From Amoebophrya sp. A120 (taxonomy: Eukaryota > Protista > Dinoflagellata), in the NCBI GenBank assembly GCA_905178155.1, contig CAJINV010000004.1, positions 3,381,320-3,445,319 on the forward strand: a stretch of DNA of 64,000 nt. Direction: 5' to 3'. This document shows, piece after piece, positions 1 through 12,804 of this stretch (positions within the stretch are counted from its first letter, which is position 1; every line of letters begins with the position of its first letter). The notes under the pieces are model-generated. The model saw only the letters and a program-made list of their open reading frames with translations, made no database searches and had not been told where the DNA came from. A program made the position numbers and the translations under genes.

Positions 1-128
1 TCAACATGCAGAATAGGCAACACCTAGAAGCGCAGAAACATGTCATGCTGAGCCACCACTTGTGGCCTCATCATGATACACCGCCCACCATCACAAGTTT
101 CCAGACCCAGACATCTTTGCAACGCATA
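1..128. mobile_element. Introner type A, truncated by the window edge
   Basis: Ends with ttccagacccagacatctttgcaacgcata; body closely matches the 5341 copy. Confidence 0.85.
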
Positions 129-263
129 TGGGCTGTGGATCAGCACTTTCCCGGCCGAGGTCGCGGCGGCCAGGTAGGTAGTGTCGCTGTTGGACTTCCC
201 GAGGACGCAGAGCCCATCGAACACCTGGTTCTTCAGCGAGAACTGAAAGGTGGAAGTTAACAT
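129..263 (-). CDS. BBS2: Bardet-Biedl syndrome 2 protein, first exon (gene continues off the left edge)
   Basis: MLTSTFQFSLKNQVFDGLCVLGKSNSDTTYLAAATSAGKVLIHSP matches the BBS2 N-terminus (LAAAT.GKV.IH.P); interrupted by an introner ending at 128. Confidence 0.8.
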
Positions 264-1835
264 CCTGTTCGTCGCAAGGCGGGGTCGGTGTAAGTCTAAG
301 AAGTACTTGTTCTTCTACCTAGAAGGCTTCAGGCTCCTCGTGTAGGTACTTAGTTCTCCTCGGACCACTGGTATGGTAGCTTTTGTGTGCTCCTGCTTGA
401 GCACAGGAGACCACACGCTCCAGTTTTTCTCCACTCGTCGTTCTGTGCGGTAAAAGGAGCTGTCTGTGGTACGTCTAAGTAGTTCTTGAAAAGCTATTGA
501 AAACTGCGAAGCCGGAACGCCAACGCGCGATTCGGTCTTATTTCCCACAGAATCGCCACGGAGCAACACGTTGTCAACCGGGTACGTGTAAAATACGTTG
601 TGGTTGTCGTGGCCGACTTACTTACTACATCACGTTCGAAATACTTCAACTTCTTCACGACGGCATGAAGGTGCTGTTTGCTGCGGTCTCTCTCGGTCCT
701 TTCATCCGACAGGCTTGTTCCGTGGTATCTTCAACTCCCGCCCTTTTTCGCGATAATTGTACGCCAGCTGGTGAGTCCGTGCCATTGGCGCGTGTTTCAG
801 TTTGGTGTTTGATAAGTGCTCCATCTCAAAACGAAAACACCGAAGATAAAGATTCATGTATTTTCCGCGCATACAATAGTTCTCAGAAACTCCTCCTTTT
901 ATCTCCCGCTCCGTACACCCTTGCCGCAGGTCCAGATGCACTCTGGTGTTGTAAAAACCAGTTCACTAGTAGTAACTCGCGTTGTGGCTTGCTGAGCCAG
1001 CGGCCGAAGTGATTCTTGGCTTTCCTAAGCTCATTCTATCTTCCTTGGTTGCTGCTCCGAAAAGTCAAAAAAGCACCGAAGTCATTTGCGGCAAGGAAGA
1101 GCAACCTTCCTGCCCGTCTTCACTTATACGAATGCAGTAAAAACACCATTCATAGAAGAACAGGTGCTACCAGCTTTGTTCGTTCATCTCCCGAAGCTTT
1201 GATACGGATTGGAGCGATTCTGCACCTCCTGGATAGGAGAAGCGGAAGCAGAAGCCCACCAGTCGTGTCCGCAAGTGTGAACTTTGAATTTTTTGCTTTA
1301 TTGTTCCATAGTAGATACATTGCATTTTTTTTCCAAAAGCACCTTATCCACAACAATTTTTCATCGCACCGCCGCGGAGAAAATGGATATAATTCGATTA
1401 CGTCGGACAGTCATCTTCATGATTGTGATTCACCATCGCAGTGACCACAGTCAGAGCACCCTCCAAACGCTCCACTAACATGGCTCTAGTAGTAATTTGT
1501 GTGGCATCTGTGCTCCTGTCTCCCCGCAAACTTGTTCCCCCTCGAATTTTTCCATCCCCCCAACGGCGCGGATGTGTCAAATTATGTCAACAACGATTTC
1601 AAACTAAGAATCTTCACGGAAGATAATCTACTCTTCCCAGTTCTGTTGAATGTAATAAGCAATAAACTTCAGTTTTTTTCGGTCTATCCACTTTGCTAGG
1701 TTAGTTGAATGTAATAAGCAATAAAGTAGTGTTTTTTCGAGGAATCGAGCATCCTGTAATAGGGTAAGTACAACCAGGCCTATTGCAGCAGGAATCATCA
1801 AGCATGGAATCTAGTGATATAATAGCTGCTATCGC

Positions 1836-4800
1836 CTAGTCATCCTCCTCCTCTTCCGCACCGTCCCCGATGCTGAGGAAGAAGTTCAGCTCCACGTTTT
1901 GGGCCTCATATGCATTGCAAATATGTCTGGGTCTGGAAGCGTTGGAACTTGTGATGCAAACTCTGGAACACAAAAAAATTTGTGTTGCATGAGCGGCAAA
2001 AGCTGCCCACTTCTTGGCACGCAAGTAGGAAGTTTCTCATGCGGGACAGGCATCATGAGGCGTGCTCAAAACCGGTGGTGCTTTTGCCTGCATCAGACAC
2101 CATTTGCGTGATCCGAAATATGCATGACAAGTCTCGCAATCTTCAAGACCCAGACATTTTTGCATTTCATACCTCAGTCTGCTGCTTGATTTCCAGTACG
2201 CGTGTGCGGTTCCGCTGGATCAGCTGTTTCTGCTTGGCGTCAAAGAAACTGGTCATCCACCCACTCATTTGGGCCTGCATCTGATCGTCCTTGGTTTGCA
2301 CCGCAAGCAGCTGCGAGTCGCTAAAGTTCGCCAGCGCCTGCGTCATGCCCTCGCGGTCGCTCAGAAGCTGCTGTCGTCGCGCGTCGTCGCCATGCTGTTG
2401 AATTCGGTAGGGACATCGAGTTGGTGTTGGAGCTTGAAAATAAATGCGCAGAAGCATGACAAACTTTGTCTATCAAGCGAATGAAGTTGCCTACTATGCA
2501 ATACAAATTTCGATTTCCATGTGGTTTAAGTTTCACCTCACATTCAGATTTATATTTATACCTCTAATATCTCCGGTTGCGATGCAACGGCCTCGATTTC
2601 CGTGGAGGCGCCCAGTAGCAGGTCGTTTTTGAACGTGGTCGTGCACTCTTCGATATGCATTGCAAATATCGATCTGCTAGGTTTAGTAGGAAGGCAGTAG
2701 TTTGTGATGCAGCATAATCTAGTCAACACCGGGCATAGCGCAAGGACTTGTCATGCTTGGCTGTCAAAACGGATTTCTAAATCATCGTTGTTCTGTATCT
2801 GTTCTCCAACCAGCATGACAAAATTCCTTTCAGACATGTTGCAGGAAATATATTTGCAGAGGATATTCCAGGAATTGGTAGAATTCCTTTCCGGCGTTGG
2901 CCATGATCTTGATCAGCTCACCCATTTGCGACTGTTTTGGTATTCAACGGTGTGCGTTAGTTTGCCATGCACGAAGCGATTCCGAATTCACAACAGATTG
3001 TTCGGTAATCTTCATCTACTTTTAACTACAAAGTAGGTGGGCGCTAATTTGGATTCTGAAGCATTTCAAACGAAATTCAAAAAGTCGGAAACTTCAAAAT
3101 TTCAGACGCGGGTCGTCGCGTTGTCGCCTCACCACACACGAAAAAATGACAGCCAGAGAGCGCCCGTACACGAACCGGAACCCAACAGCGCCTCGTGGGC
3201 TGGATACCCCGATCGGGGGTTGCGCTTTCTTCGCTGGTGCCGTTTCAATAGGCGACGAGCAAACTCCTAAAGCGCGCGGCCCCCTGTGGCTGCGCGCTGC
3301 TCTCAGATCTTTTTCCCGGGTCATAAAAAAGCACCGAGACGCCCGGCAATGACACATCCCAAGAGCAGAACTTGCCGGGCGTTCAATCTTTGAGCACCCA
3401 CATCGGGGGAGGGCACGACCACCGCCAACCAATGATGGCGCGCGCCGCATTGCTGCGATGCTGCTCCCCGATTCCCCCATTTTCGTTTGCCATCGCCAAA
3501 ACTAACGGGCCCGAGTTCTAAATCGAAAAAGGCTGGCATGCGCAATCACTTTCAAAGAATCTGAGTGCTACCAGAAAAAGCGGGTCGAGAAAGCCGCGGC
3601 GCACTGCTAAGCATACATAGTGTTGGCCGGCGGCTTTCCACCCAATTCACACCGTATTGGCTACATACAAACCCCGATCCGAACCAAATTCTACAGACAA
3701 CCCAACCCAAACCCATTTTCCAATGAGAATCAACCACCGACCCTGATTTCAAACGGAAATCAAAGATCTGGGCCAATTTCAAATGGAAATCAAGGATCTC
3801 TCTCAATTTCAAACGGAAATCAAGGGTCTCGGACGAATTCAAACGGAAATCAAGAATCTTGAACGAATTCAAACGGAAATCAAGAATCGGTCGGAATTTG
3901 GTCCGATTTGGTCACTATCTTAGAAATTTGCCCTGACCTTTTTGTGACCTATCTTGACCGATTTTGATCGGGTCCGGACCGATTTTGATCGGACCCCGAA
4001 AGTTCCCCGTGTGTCTTCCTCCGTTGGACGAAACCTGCTCCCGATTGCAGTGAGTTCCGTCACCCCGTTTGAATTTGATTTTTTTGGGCAGGCATCGGCG
4101 CGCCCGGTCGTGCGTTCTGTGCGCCTCATAGCGGTCGGACAAAGTAGGAGAGTGTCTCCGACCACACTGCGCTACTTAGTTACTCCTGCCGCCGGTGGCG
4201 ATGGAAAGGCGCCACGCCTCCTCTGTCCTGCTTGGCCTCACGGCCTGCCCTGGCTTCTCCTCTTCGCCAGGCATCGAGCGCAGGAACGCGCGCACTAGAT
4301 TCCGCTGCGTCTAGGGCATTTCAGCCGTTTTTTGATATTCGTGTCCCAATGCTATGAGGCGCGAACCCAACAACCAGGGGCCGCGACTGGACCTGCGGCG
4401 CTATCAACGCGCAAGCACATCATGCCGCTACAGGCAGAGAGAATGTCACCAAAGGCCGCGAACGAGGGTGGACACGAGACATGATAGGACTCGGGGACAG
4501 AAACGGGTGTAGAGTAGGGAAGCACCACAAGAACCCATGAGAAAGGGCATCAAAGAAAAGGGGCGGGGGCTAAAGAACGACTTGGAAATGGTGCCGGGGG
4601 CGTGAAGATAACCTCCACAGGGAGACGGAAAACCGACAAACAGAAGGCTACTACGCTAAGTGTCGAAGTGCTAGAAGAGAGACGGGAGGGGCGCGCTCTC
4701 TCAAAATACAAGCCGCAGATCGAGCTCTTCACCACACCAAAAAGTTAAAACTTCAGAACTTTTGAAATTCGTTTGAAATACTTTTTGATTGCATTTAGCG

Positions 4801-7607
4801 CCGCGTGCTTCTGCGTTAAATCTACTTCAATAGCATCTAAAACAAGTAAATGACTTCTACCTCAAACGCCAGCACGTGGTCGTCGACGGTGGTCAAAAGT
4901 TCTATTTCCACGTCCATCAGGTCGTGATCGACCTTTTCCAAATTGGCTTGTAGATTTCTCAAAATCTCCGCCGCCTCGTCTGTGAGAATCCCGCCGACGG
5001 TTTGCTCTTTGACGACCAGAATTTGTTTTTTCTTGTCGGACAGAAACTTTTTGAACAGGCCCGCGCTTTCCGCCTCGGAATTCAGATATGTCTGCTCGAT
5101 TTGCTTGTTGAATACCTGCAGATCATTTGGTCACCAAATTTCTTGCCTGAAGATCCGCAATTAATATGAATGTGCGTCCCTAAACCCTCCTGTTCCTTGA
5201 CGTAGAAGACATCAAAATGAACGTGGAACTTTGGGGCTTTTCTTTTTTATAGCATCAGAAACTACAAAATTAAAGCAAAAACCGCAACATCTTTTCTTAT
5301 ACATCCACTCGCTTCAGCCTGTCCTCGTTTTTTTCCTGCATATCAAATGTAAAAATGTCTGGGTCTGGAAGAATGCAAGTTTGTCATGCGTGTCTGGCAT
5401 GACTCTTGAATCTGTCATGCACATTACCAAAGAGCCCCACTTTTCTGTCATGCAGAAATGTAGTTTGTCATGCAGAATAGGCAACACCTAGAAGCTCAGA
5501 AACTTGTCATGCTGAGCCAGCAATTGTCGCCTCCTCATGATACGCCACACAGCATCACAAGTTTCCAGACCCAGACATTTTTACATTTGATACTGCACCT
5601 GGGCGTACAACGTTTTCAGCAGTTCGCCGAGCTTTTCTCTGTACTCCTCTTTGAGTCCGGCGTATCCAGGAAAAAAACTGCGTAAGTGTAACTGTGTAGG
5701 AAGAGCAGCATCACAAACTCGCTTTGCATTAGAGGAAAAACCTCCTGTCGTGCGCAGCTAGCACGTGGAAACACGTATGAAAGTAGCCTATGACGCAGAT
5801 CCAGCATGACAAGTGTATACAGTTTTGCACTTTCTGCATCACAGATTTACTCCCACATAGTTATAGTTTTTTTCTTGCATACGGCGAGGCAGTTCAAGGC
5901 CTGCACGTGCTCCGGGATTTCGCCAAATAAATCGTCGTAAATGTTGTTGGTCTATGCGCTGCAAATATGTCTGGGTCTGGAAGGATGCGAACTTGTCATG
6001 CGCGTTTCGTATGAGCCATGATGTCTGTGATGTACGCCCGAGCATCACAGAGTTTTTGAGGCCGTCTTGATCATGCCTATCCCGCATTACAAATGCCCTC
6101 TTCGTGTAGCAAGAGGTGGAGGTGGACTCCTTTTGGTGCTCATGCAATACAGATTTTTTTAGAATCTAAACACAGCATCACAAGTTGCACTCTTCCAGAC
6201 CCAGACATATTTGCACTTGATATCGTCGTATCCAGAAAAGAGTGCCGGAGCTTGTCCTCCTGGACTTTCTTTTCCGCAAGCGCCTTCTCGCGAATCCCCT
6301 CCTCGACCTCCTGCTCCTTTAACTCGGTCAGTTCGTCCAGTTGGTACGATTCCTGTTTTGTAAATTTTTTGTGATGCTAAAATTCATGAAAGTGCTAGAA
6401 CAGGTATGGCATTTGTCATGATCGATGCAAAAGGAGAGCTGATTTAAACGAAACACAAACAAGGAGAAACAACGATGAAAAAAGAAGATACACATACCTG
6501 TATCTGTGCGACTTGTTTTTTGTCGATGAGCATGTAGTCGAGATAAACCAGATGCTGCAAATAGGCCAGCACGTGCTGTTGGTAACTGTCGCTTTGGCAC
6601 ATCTTGTTCCCCTCAAAGCAGACACAGCGGAGGTTCGGAAAACGCCGTAGGTAGTTTACCTGTGAGAACGGCAAGCAATAGGTCGCGTGAATAACTGAAA
6701 CTATTGTACCGTGGCGCGTTAATACAGGTCTCGAAAATTATAATGTCAACATGCGAACTTTGCAACGAACGAATCCACAAAGAGACACAAATTGAAATAA
6801 GTAATCTGAATCTACCTGTTTGAAGTCTGCTATTTTATTTCTCCCGAGCGACAGCACGTTCAGCTTCTTGCAGTTGTCGAGGCCGGTGATCTCCTCTATG
6901 TGGTTGTTGTATAGGGAAAGCCTTATGCGAGCGAAAGAAAGAAATCTCCTCGTCTCTACTACTAGTACTAGAAGTCGTGTGCGAAGCTACATGACAAACA
7001 AACTTCGACCACATGCGTTCTTTCAACATGCCAACCTCTTTAGCGTCAAGATCCACGAAAAAACTACAAGAAAGAGGGTCCTCGTGTGGTTCTTTCACCG
7101 CATAAGATCCTCCAGGTTGACCAGATTCTCGAGCCCTTGTATTTCCCGAATGTTGTTGAAGGACAGGTCTGTTTATTTGGTGTGTGTAGTTTCTTTCATC
7201 ACTGCGCGAGTGTCATACACGACATCGACACCAGTAAAAACTTTCATTAGGATGACATGGGTTACAGGTTAGATATCGTGCACCACGAAATAAAAACATT
7301 AAGCAAGAAAACAAAGCAACCACCCACCAATACCAAGCCAGGTCAAATTGACCAGGTGATCCAGGTTGTCTATCCGGTCGATGATGTTGTTGTCCAACCT
7401 GAGCGTTTTCAACGAGTCAAAATTGTTCAAGTTCGCAATCTCGGCAATATTTCGGTAGCTCAACCGCAGAGATTCGCACTTCGGAAACTGGAGCGGGTCG
7501 GGCTCCGAGCCGTCGATCGGCTTGGGTTCCACCCCATCCTTCAGCGCTTGCAGGTCGATGACCGCCGGTTCAACGACCAGGTCCTTCTTACTCTTCGGTG
7601 CCACCAT
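1836..7607 (-). CDS. DRC3: Dynein regulatory complex subunit 3 (LRRC48), multi-exon
   Basis: N-terminal LRRs (LRLDNNII..IDNLDHLVNLTWL/DLSFNNI.EI.GLENLVNLEDL/SLYNNHI), then YLRRFPNLR...YL.HLVYLDY and C-terminal RNRTRVLEI. Frame is continuous after removing GT-AG introns (e.g. 7169-7333, 5116-5302, 2932-4860) and six introners. Confidence 0.88.
1909..2171. mobile_element. Introner type A
   Basis: TIR tat...gcaaa.atgtctgggtct; TSD cctca/cctca; the only copy readable as GT-AG. Confidence 0.92.
2654..2865. mobile_element. Introner, degenerate type A
   Basis: tatgcattgcaaata...tatttgcagaggata; TSD ttcga/ttcca; frame restored. Confidence 0.8.
3746..3888. repeat. 30-bp tandem repeat, about 5 copies
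   Basis: aaa(c/t)ggaaatcaa recurs at 3751, 3781, 3811, 3841, 3871. Confidence 0.92.
3956..3997. repeat. 21-bp tandem repeat, 2 copies
   Basis: gaccgattttgatcgg occurs twice. Confidence 0.75.
5341..5592. mobile_element. Introner type A
   Basis: Perfect 30-bp TIR tatcaaatgtaaaaatgtctgggtctggaa; TSD ctgca/ctgca. Confidence 0.95.
5663..5881. mobile_element. Introner type B
   Basis: tatccaggaaaaaaactg...agttttttttcttgcata; TSD cggcg/cggcg. Confidence 0.92.
5953..6222. mobile_element. Introner type A
   Basis: Type A TIRs; TSD tggtc/tcgtc. Confidence 0.92.
6924..7104. mobile_element. Introner, diverged type
   Basis: tatgcgagcgaaagaa...ttctttcaccgcata; TSD eroded; removing element plus 5 nt restores the LRR (EDLSLYNN). 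Confidence 0.8.
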
Positions 7608-8625
7608 CGCTACAGTTGTGAGTGCTGCGCGGTGTGGTCGTCGTCGTGTTTGATTCAGTTATAGTTTTACAATTTTGGAAAATGTACTTTACTATTCTAC
7701 AACGAGCTGTCCCCTTTCAGCTCGCGCGCAGCCGCAGCGCGCGAGCAATCGGAACGGGTTCCGCCAATCCCCCTATCTTGCGGTAAAGTAGTCTACTTCA
7801 AAAAAAAAGAAAGAAGTTTTCTTTTTGCTATTGTATACAGGTGACGGGAAGTAGTAAATACAGTCGTGAAAAAGCACGAAAGAAGCAGAAAAAATTCGAG
7901 TTGTACGCAGAAAGGACATTGTCACCACGACATGTCAGACGATCTATCTCGAACTCGATAGTTAGAGCGAAGGAGTACTTCTTTCGGTCCTTATTTCTCT
8001 GCTCTCCCAAGGCCTGCTCTCCGCTCCGATGGTGCTCTGCCGCACTTCATTTCGAATTGGCGACAAAGGCTGCTCTCAACTAAAAACTCCGAAGTGAAAA
8101 ATCTTTTCAACGAAGGCATAATGATCATCTAGAGTCACATTTCTATCTTCTCCTCGGTAACATTTCCATTTGTGTGTCAGCACACACAAAAAAAAACGAA
8201 GCTTTCGCCTTCTATTTGTTTTGGTTTTGCTCACTTTCTGCTCCAAATTTAGACTATGTACAGTTTGTTGTGGTCGTTCTTGACGCAAACTATGCCAAAT
8301 GTGATAATTACAGTGGTGAGATGATAGATACACGCACACGCTTTGCTAGCGCTCCAAAACTTTTTCCCCATGAAATTTCCAAATTTGTTAAGATGATGAA
8401 TAAAAAAGCTTAAATGATTCGCACGAAAGAGTTATTTCTATTTGTATTCCAGTTTCACTTACTAGGTAAATAAACCAAAGACAACTCGAAGTCGAAAAAA
8501 GAAAGATGATTTTTCGGTATAGCGCACTATGCGTACACTCTATCTTACATGGTCAAAAACAAATATACTGACACGACATTAGATTTTTAAGGTGCATTTC
8601 TTCTACGCAATGACAAAGTCCTTTC

Positions 8626-11600
8626 TCAATCCAGCGTGTATTCCATCCTCGGGCTGGTGATGGGTTTCGGGTTGACCTCCTGCCGTTGCTTCCGCAGTAA
8701 AATCGCTGACGTCCGCGCATGGGGCTTGGGGTTCGGGCAATCGTCGGCATCCCGGGTGGGCGACAAAAAACGTCCTCGTTGCTTCGACTCCGCAATGTTC
8801 GCGCGGGAGGCAGGGAGCGGTGTTTTACTCGCTAGGAGCTCTTGCTTACCAAGTTGCACCAACTTGTGCGCGGGCAATTGGTCGCTCGTTTTCGTGGCCG
8901 AGCACCCGATATGAAGTGCAAATATGTCTGGTGTTGTTCACTGGAACATTGCAAACTTGTCATGCGTCGTCCCGTAGATCACACGAAAAATTGTGTTGCG
9001 AAGATAGCAAAAAAAATCCATTCTTTGAAAAATAACCGTGTGAAGATGCAGCTAAGAAGACCGTGCATAATTGCAGACTCCGTGGGCCATAGCCAAAGCC
9101 ATTCAAATCATGCATGCCAAACTTCGCCATTCTTCCAGACCCGGATCGCTAAATTTGCATTTGATACCGCACGTGGAAGCCGTGTTTCGAGCCCTTCGCG
9201 CTGACCCGCTCCTTGACCTTCTGCATGTCCGCGCCTGCGGCGGGGCCGTGGAAAGTAGGTGTTGTATTTGTAGCTCGTAAATGATCTACCTCTTCAAAGT
9301 GCTTTCTGCCGTGCACGTCCGCTTTCTGCTCCGAAAGCCGCGGCGGATCCCCATTTGCCTGCTGCTGCAAGTGGTCCACGACGTGGAAATGGGTTCTTCC
9401 GTGGACAGCCATGGCGTATTGCTCGTCCTTGTGCATCGGCAGGCCGTGCTCCTGTTCGTTTACGTGATCTACGACGGCGAAGTGCTGTTTGCCCCCGGCC
9501 GGGGTGGTCGCCGTTGTCCTGTTTGTTGAAGCGGTTGCGGCAGCTCCCCCAGTTGCTGCTCCTACTTCCAACGCGTGATAGGGCAGAGTATCCCGGTCAA
9601 GCGGCTTGTGTCCGGCCGTGGGCCGTCCTCTTTGCAGATTTTTATTCTTGATGCTGTCACTGTGCTCGCTTCCGCCGCTGTAAAAGCCGCCACCGAGCAC
9701 GCGGTTGCCGTCGCGGTTCATCCGGTTTTTAGAAGAAGTAGTCTGAAAGCTCGGATCCGTCTTTCGCATGCACCTTGTGACGCCGCGGGACTCGAGAAAA
9801 CTCGAGGTCTGCTGGACGCGGTCCACGTGGTCCTTGCTTTTCCGTCGCTCGTCCTTCGCCACCTCGAAGTACCGCGGGGCGGGGCTCTGCAAATTGATGG
9901 AATCGAAGGTCGCCGGTGCATTTTTCAGTCGCTCGTCGGACTGGACCAGTCTGGACGCGGGCTGGAAGTGACGCTTCTGCTGGCTGCCAATCCCCTCCTT
10001 CTCGAGCAGCAGCTGTATTGATTTATTTTTTGTGTGTAACCCTAACAACTTACTAATATGTTGGTGCACGCACATCAACAAAATAACAACGAATTTAAAG
10101 AAGCTGCACAACCATTCTTAGATATGTGAAGTACCTCCTTCTCTTCCCAGCTTGGTTTGGCGGGTCTGGCCCACTTTTTTTCCGTGGTTGGTTCGTATCG
10201 GGTCTCTTCGTGAAACCGACGCAGACCGGCCTCCACCGTGGCCGCGGGTCGCAGCGTCTCGTGCGAGATCTTCCGGCCACCAACCATATCGTGCTCGTGC
10301 CGCTTTGCACGCAGCTCCCGACGGCCCTCTTCCTCGGCCGGGGCGGGGCCTGTGGACGGCACCACCAATTCCGCATCGTGGTTGACTGTCCTGTGGAAAA
10401 CCGGCAGCATTACCATCTATATCTATTTGTTTATGCGAAACAGAATTGCGCTGCGTTTTGGCATGTTGCTCAGTCACTCATAAAAGTACAAAAAGCGTGC
10501 AAAATAGAAATGGAAGAACGTGAACGTGTAGTACAGCCTGCACAGTAGCTGCACAAGCACAAGCGTCGTGCACGACAGCATGAAATAAAAAGTTCCAAGT
10601 GATTGTGATGGTAATATTGATGTTGATTTTACGCCTCTTATCCACGTGAGTGTTGTAGGAAAAATTTTTGCTGTGAAAGGTCTTCTGGTGGTGTTCCGAG
10701 TAATTCCTTTTCCCCTGCTTGTCCTTTTTCAGCACGTTATCAAAGAAAAAAACATTGCAGGTGTAACTTTTTTGGAGGAACAGCATTACAAATTTGTCTG
10801 GCATGACAGCAAAAACCTGTCATGCGCAGATAGTACGTGAAAACGCCCTTTAATGGACCTTAATACGATGCATACCAAGCATGACAGACGCAATCATCTT
10901 GCATGTTGCGCATCACAAATTTACACTAACAACGTTTTTTTCCTCGATACACGTGAGTCACCGGGTAGTACTGGTCCGCCACAATTTTCTATCCAAGAAA
11001 AAAACTGTGTTAGTGTAACTATCTTTGGCTGACAGCATCACAAATTTGCTCTACATGACAAAGAAAACCTGTCATGCGTGGCTTGTAAGGGAAAACACAC
11101 AGGAAAAGAGAACTTCATGGCGGTCTGGCATGACAGGTGTAACTCTGTTGCGTGTTTTGCATTACAGATTTGCACCTACACAGTTTTTGTCTTGCATATT
11201 TTCTCCCGGATAACCGCCGGATTCGTCGACCGAACGGTTGTATTGGTTTCTTTAGCATTTCCGCCTCCATGTTCCGCCTCCGCCTCGGCCCAGGATCTTG
11301 GCGACCCGACCTTGGCAGTCACCGGAGACCGGCTGCGCTTCCTATGGATGTGTCAGGTTTGAAATCGTCAAAGTTGAAATAGTTTGTCATGCATAAAACA
11401 GATACCAGTCGGAAGCCCACTTAACAAGCGGCGCATGACAGATTTTACGAGCACCGGAATCCAATTTGTCATGCTGTTTGGGCACAGAAGAGTGCTTTTG
11501 TCATGCGAGTTTGGTAGCTCTATTTCAAACCCTAAGCAGGCTCACAATCGGCCTCACTTGCTATCCCGGCAAGACAGGCACTTCATGCCTTGCATTTTAT

Positions 11601-12804
11601 GCATGGCAAATCATTTCAACTTTGTCGATTTCAAACCTGACGCTTCCATACTTCCGCTGAGGGAAATACGCGGCGCGAGACGATGGCTCTTGTGCTGAGG
11701 ACGCTGTGGCAGAAGCGGGCGCTGCAGCGGCGTCGTTGTGCACGTCTTTCAGAACCGAGTGGCTGGCATAATACCGGGCCCAATCCCGAGGGACGGCGGT
11801 GATAGGCGGTCTGGGCCGGGTTTTCGATGAAAAAAAATCTCGATGGATATATTTATTTTCAGCCAGCACTCAGTTACTTGTCCAAGACCTTCTTTCATCT
11901 GCTGTGTGTACAACGCCTTCGCGGCTCTAGTACAAGGACACCTTTATCGAACCAACGACCTAGCTAGGTAGTAGAAAAAGAAATACCCTGCTATGTAGTC
12001 TGAAAAAGTACCTCAACGACGCATCCTCCCCTTCCATTTGCCTTCCTGTCGGCTGCTCCAGCGTGATTAAGCGTTTCGCTCCGTCGCCCGACTGGCGCTG
12101 CTGCCACGCCGCCTCATGCCGGCGACCGACGGGCCGGGGCGGCGCGCTCTCGCAGTGCGTTCCTTTCCCGGGAACGGAGTTCAGAACGCGGTGCGGAAAC
12201 ACCTCGGTGCTCTTCTTGCGGCGAAAACTCGTTTCCTCCGCATTGCGTGGCGAAAACTCTCCCGTCGCCGCACGCGGAGACCACAGCAGCGACATACTGT
12301 CGTTTTAATATTTTGTCGGTTCAATACTAGTCTTCTAGTTGTATCTGTATGCACATCGATTATAATTCTCACCGTTCAGGACGAGATTTACATTTACTCT
12401 ACTGTCGATACAAGGAAAATCAAAATTATTACGTACTTTGCAGAGTCCGCGACGTGCTGGCCGCGCAGGCCGATTCCCTTTCCCCGAAACACGTCATCTA
12501 CCGCCTCCGCTGCTTTCGCGACCCTCAGAAACAAATTCTCGTCGCGTTCCCCCGCATTCCTGCCCGAAAGCGATATGTTTTTCGTCCGGGGGGCCGAAAT
12601 CTCGGTGGTGGTCACCGCGGCCACCACCAGATCCGCACCGGACGGCGCCTCCCACCGAAAGCAGCCTGGCGTGGGCTTGGACCGGGTTTGGACCTGTTCG
12701 GTCTGGTAGGCCTGCGGGAGCGGCGAGGGGGACCGCTTCCCCCGGATCTCTACCTCTTGCACCCGCTCACTCTCACCGAGGTACGACCGGGTGACACCCG
12801 GCAT
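8626..12804 (-). CDS. Hypothetical multi-exon protein with repeated G(R/K)xHFxxVDH motifs
   Basis: Frame traced across introners at 11343, 10990, 10738 and 8910 to the stop at 8626; linkage of the 5' exons (start 12804) is less certain. Confidence 0.6.
8910..9166. mobile_element. Introner, degenerate type A
   Basis: TSD cccga/ccgca; frame restored. Confidence 0.85.
10738..10949. mobile_element. Introner type B
   Basis: TSD cacgt/cacgt. Confidence 0.92.
10990..11198. mobile_element. Introner type B
   Basis: TSD ttttc/ttttc. Confidence 0.92.
11343..11650. mobile_element. Introner type E
   Basis: TIR tatgga.g.gtcaggtttgaaatcg.caaagttgaaat; TSD cttcc/cttcc. Confidence 0.92.

Larger units (their letters stand above)
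3022..4819. mobile_element. Non-autonomous TIR DNA transposon (1.8 kb) inside a canonical DRC3 intron
   Basis: Imperfect ~80-bp TIRs (ttaac...ggcgctaa...atttcaaacgaa.ttcaaaa); perfect 8-bp TSD atctactt at 3014-3021 and 4820-4827. Confidence 0.85.

Noticed and set aside
1645-1739. 22-bp direct repeat gttgaatgtaataagcaataaa
   Set aside because: Real, but a simple local duplication downstream of DRC3 with no further structure.
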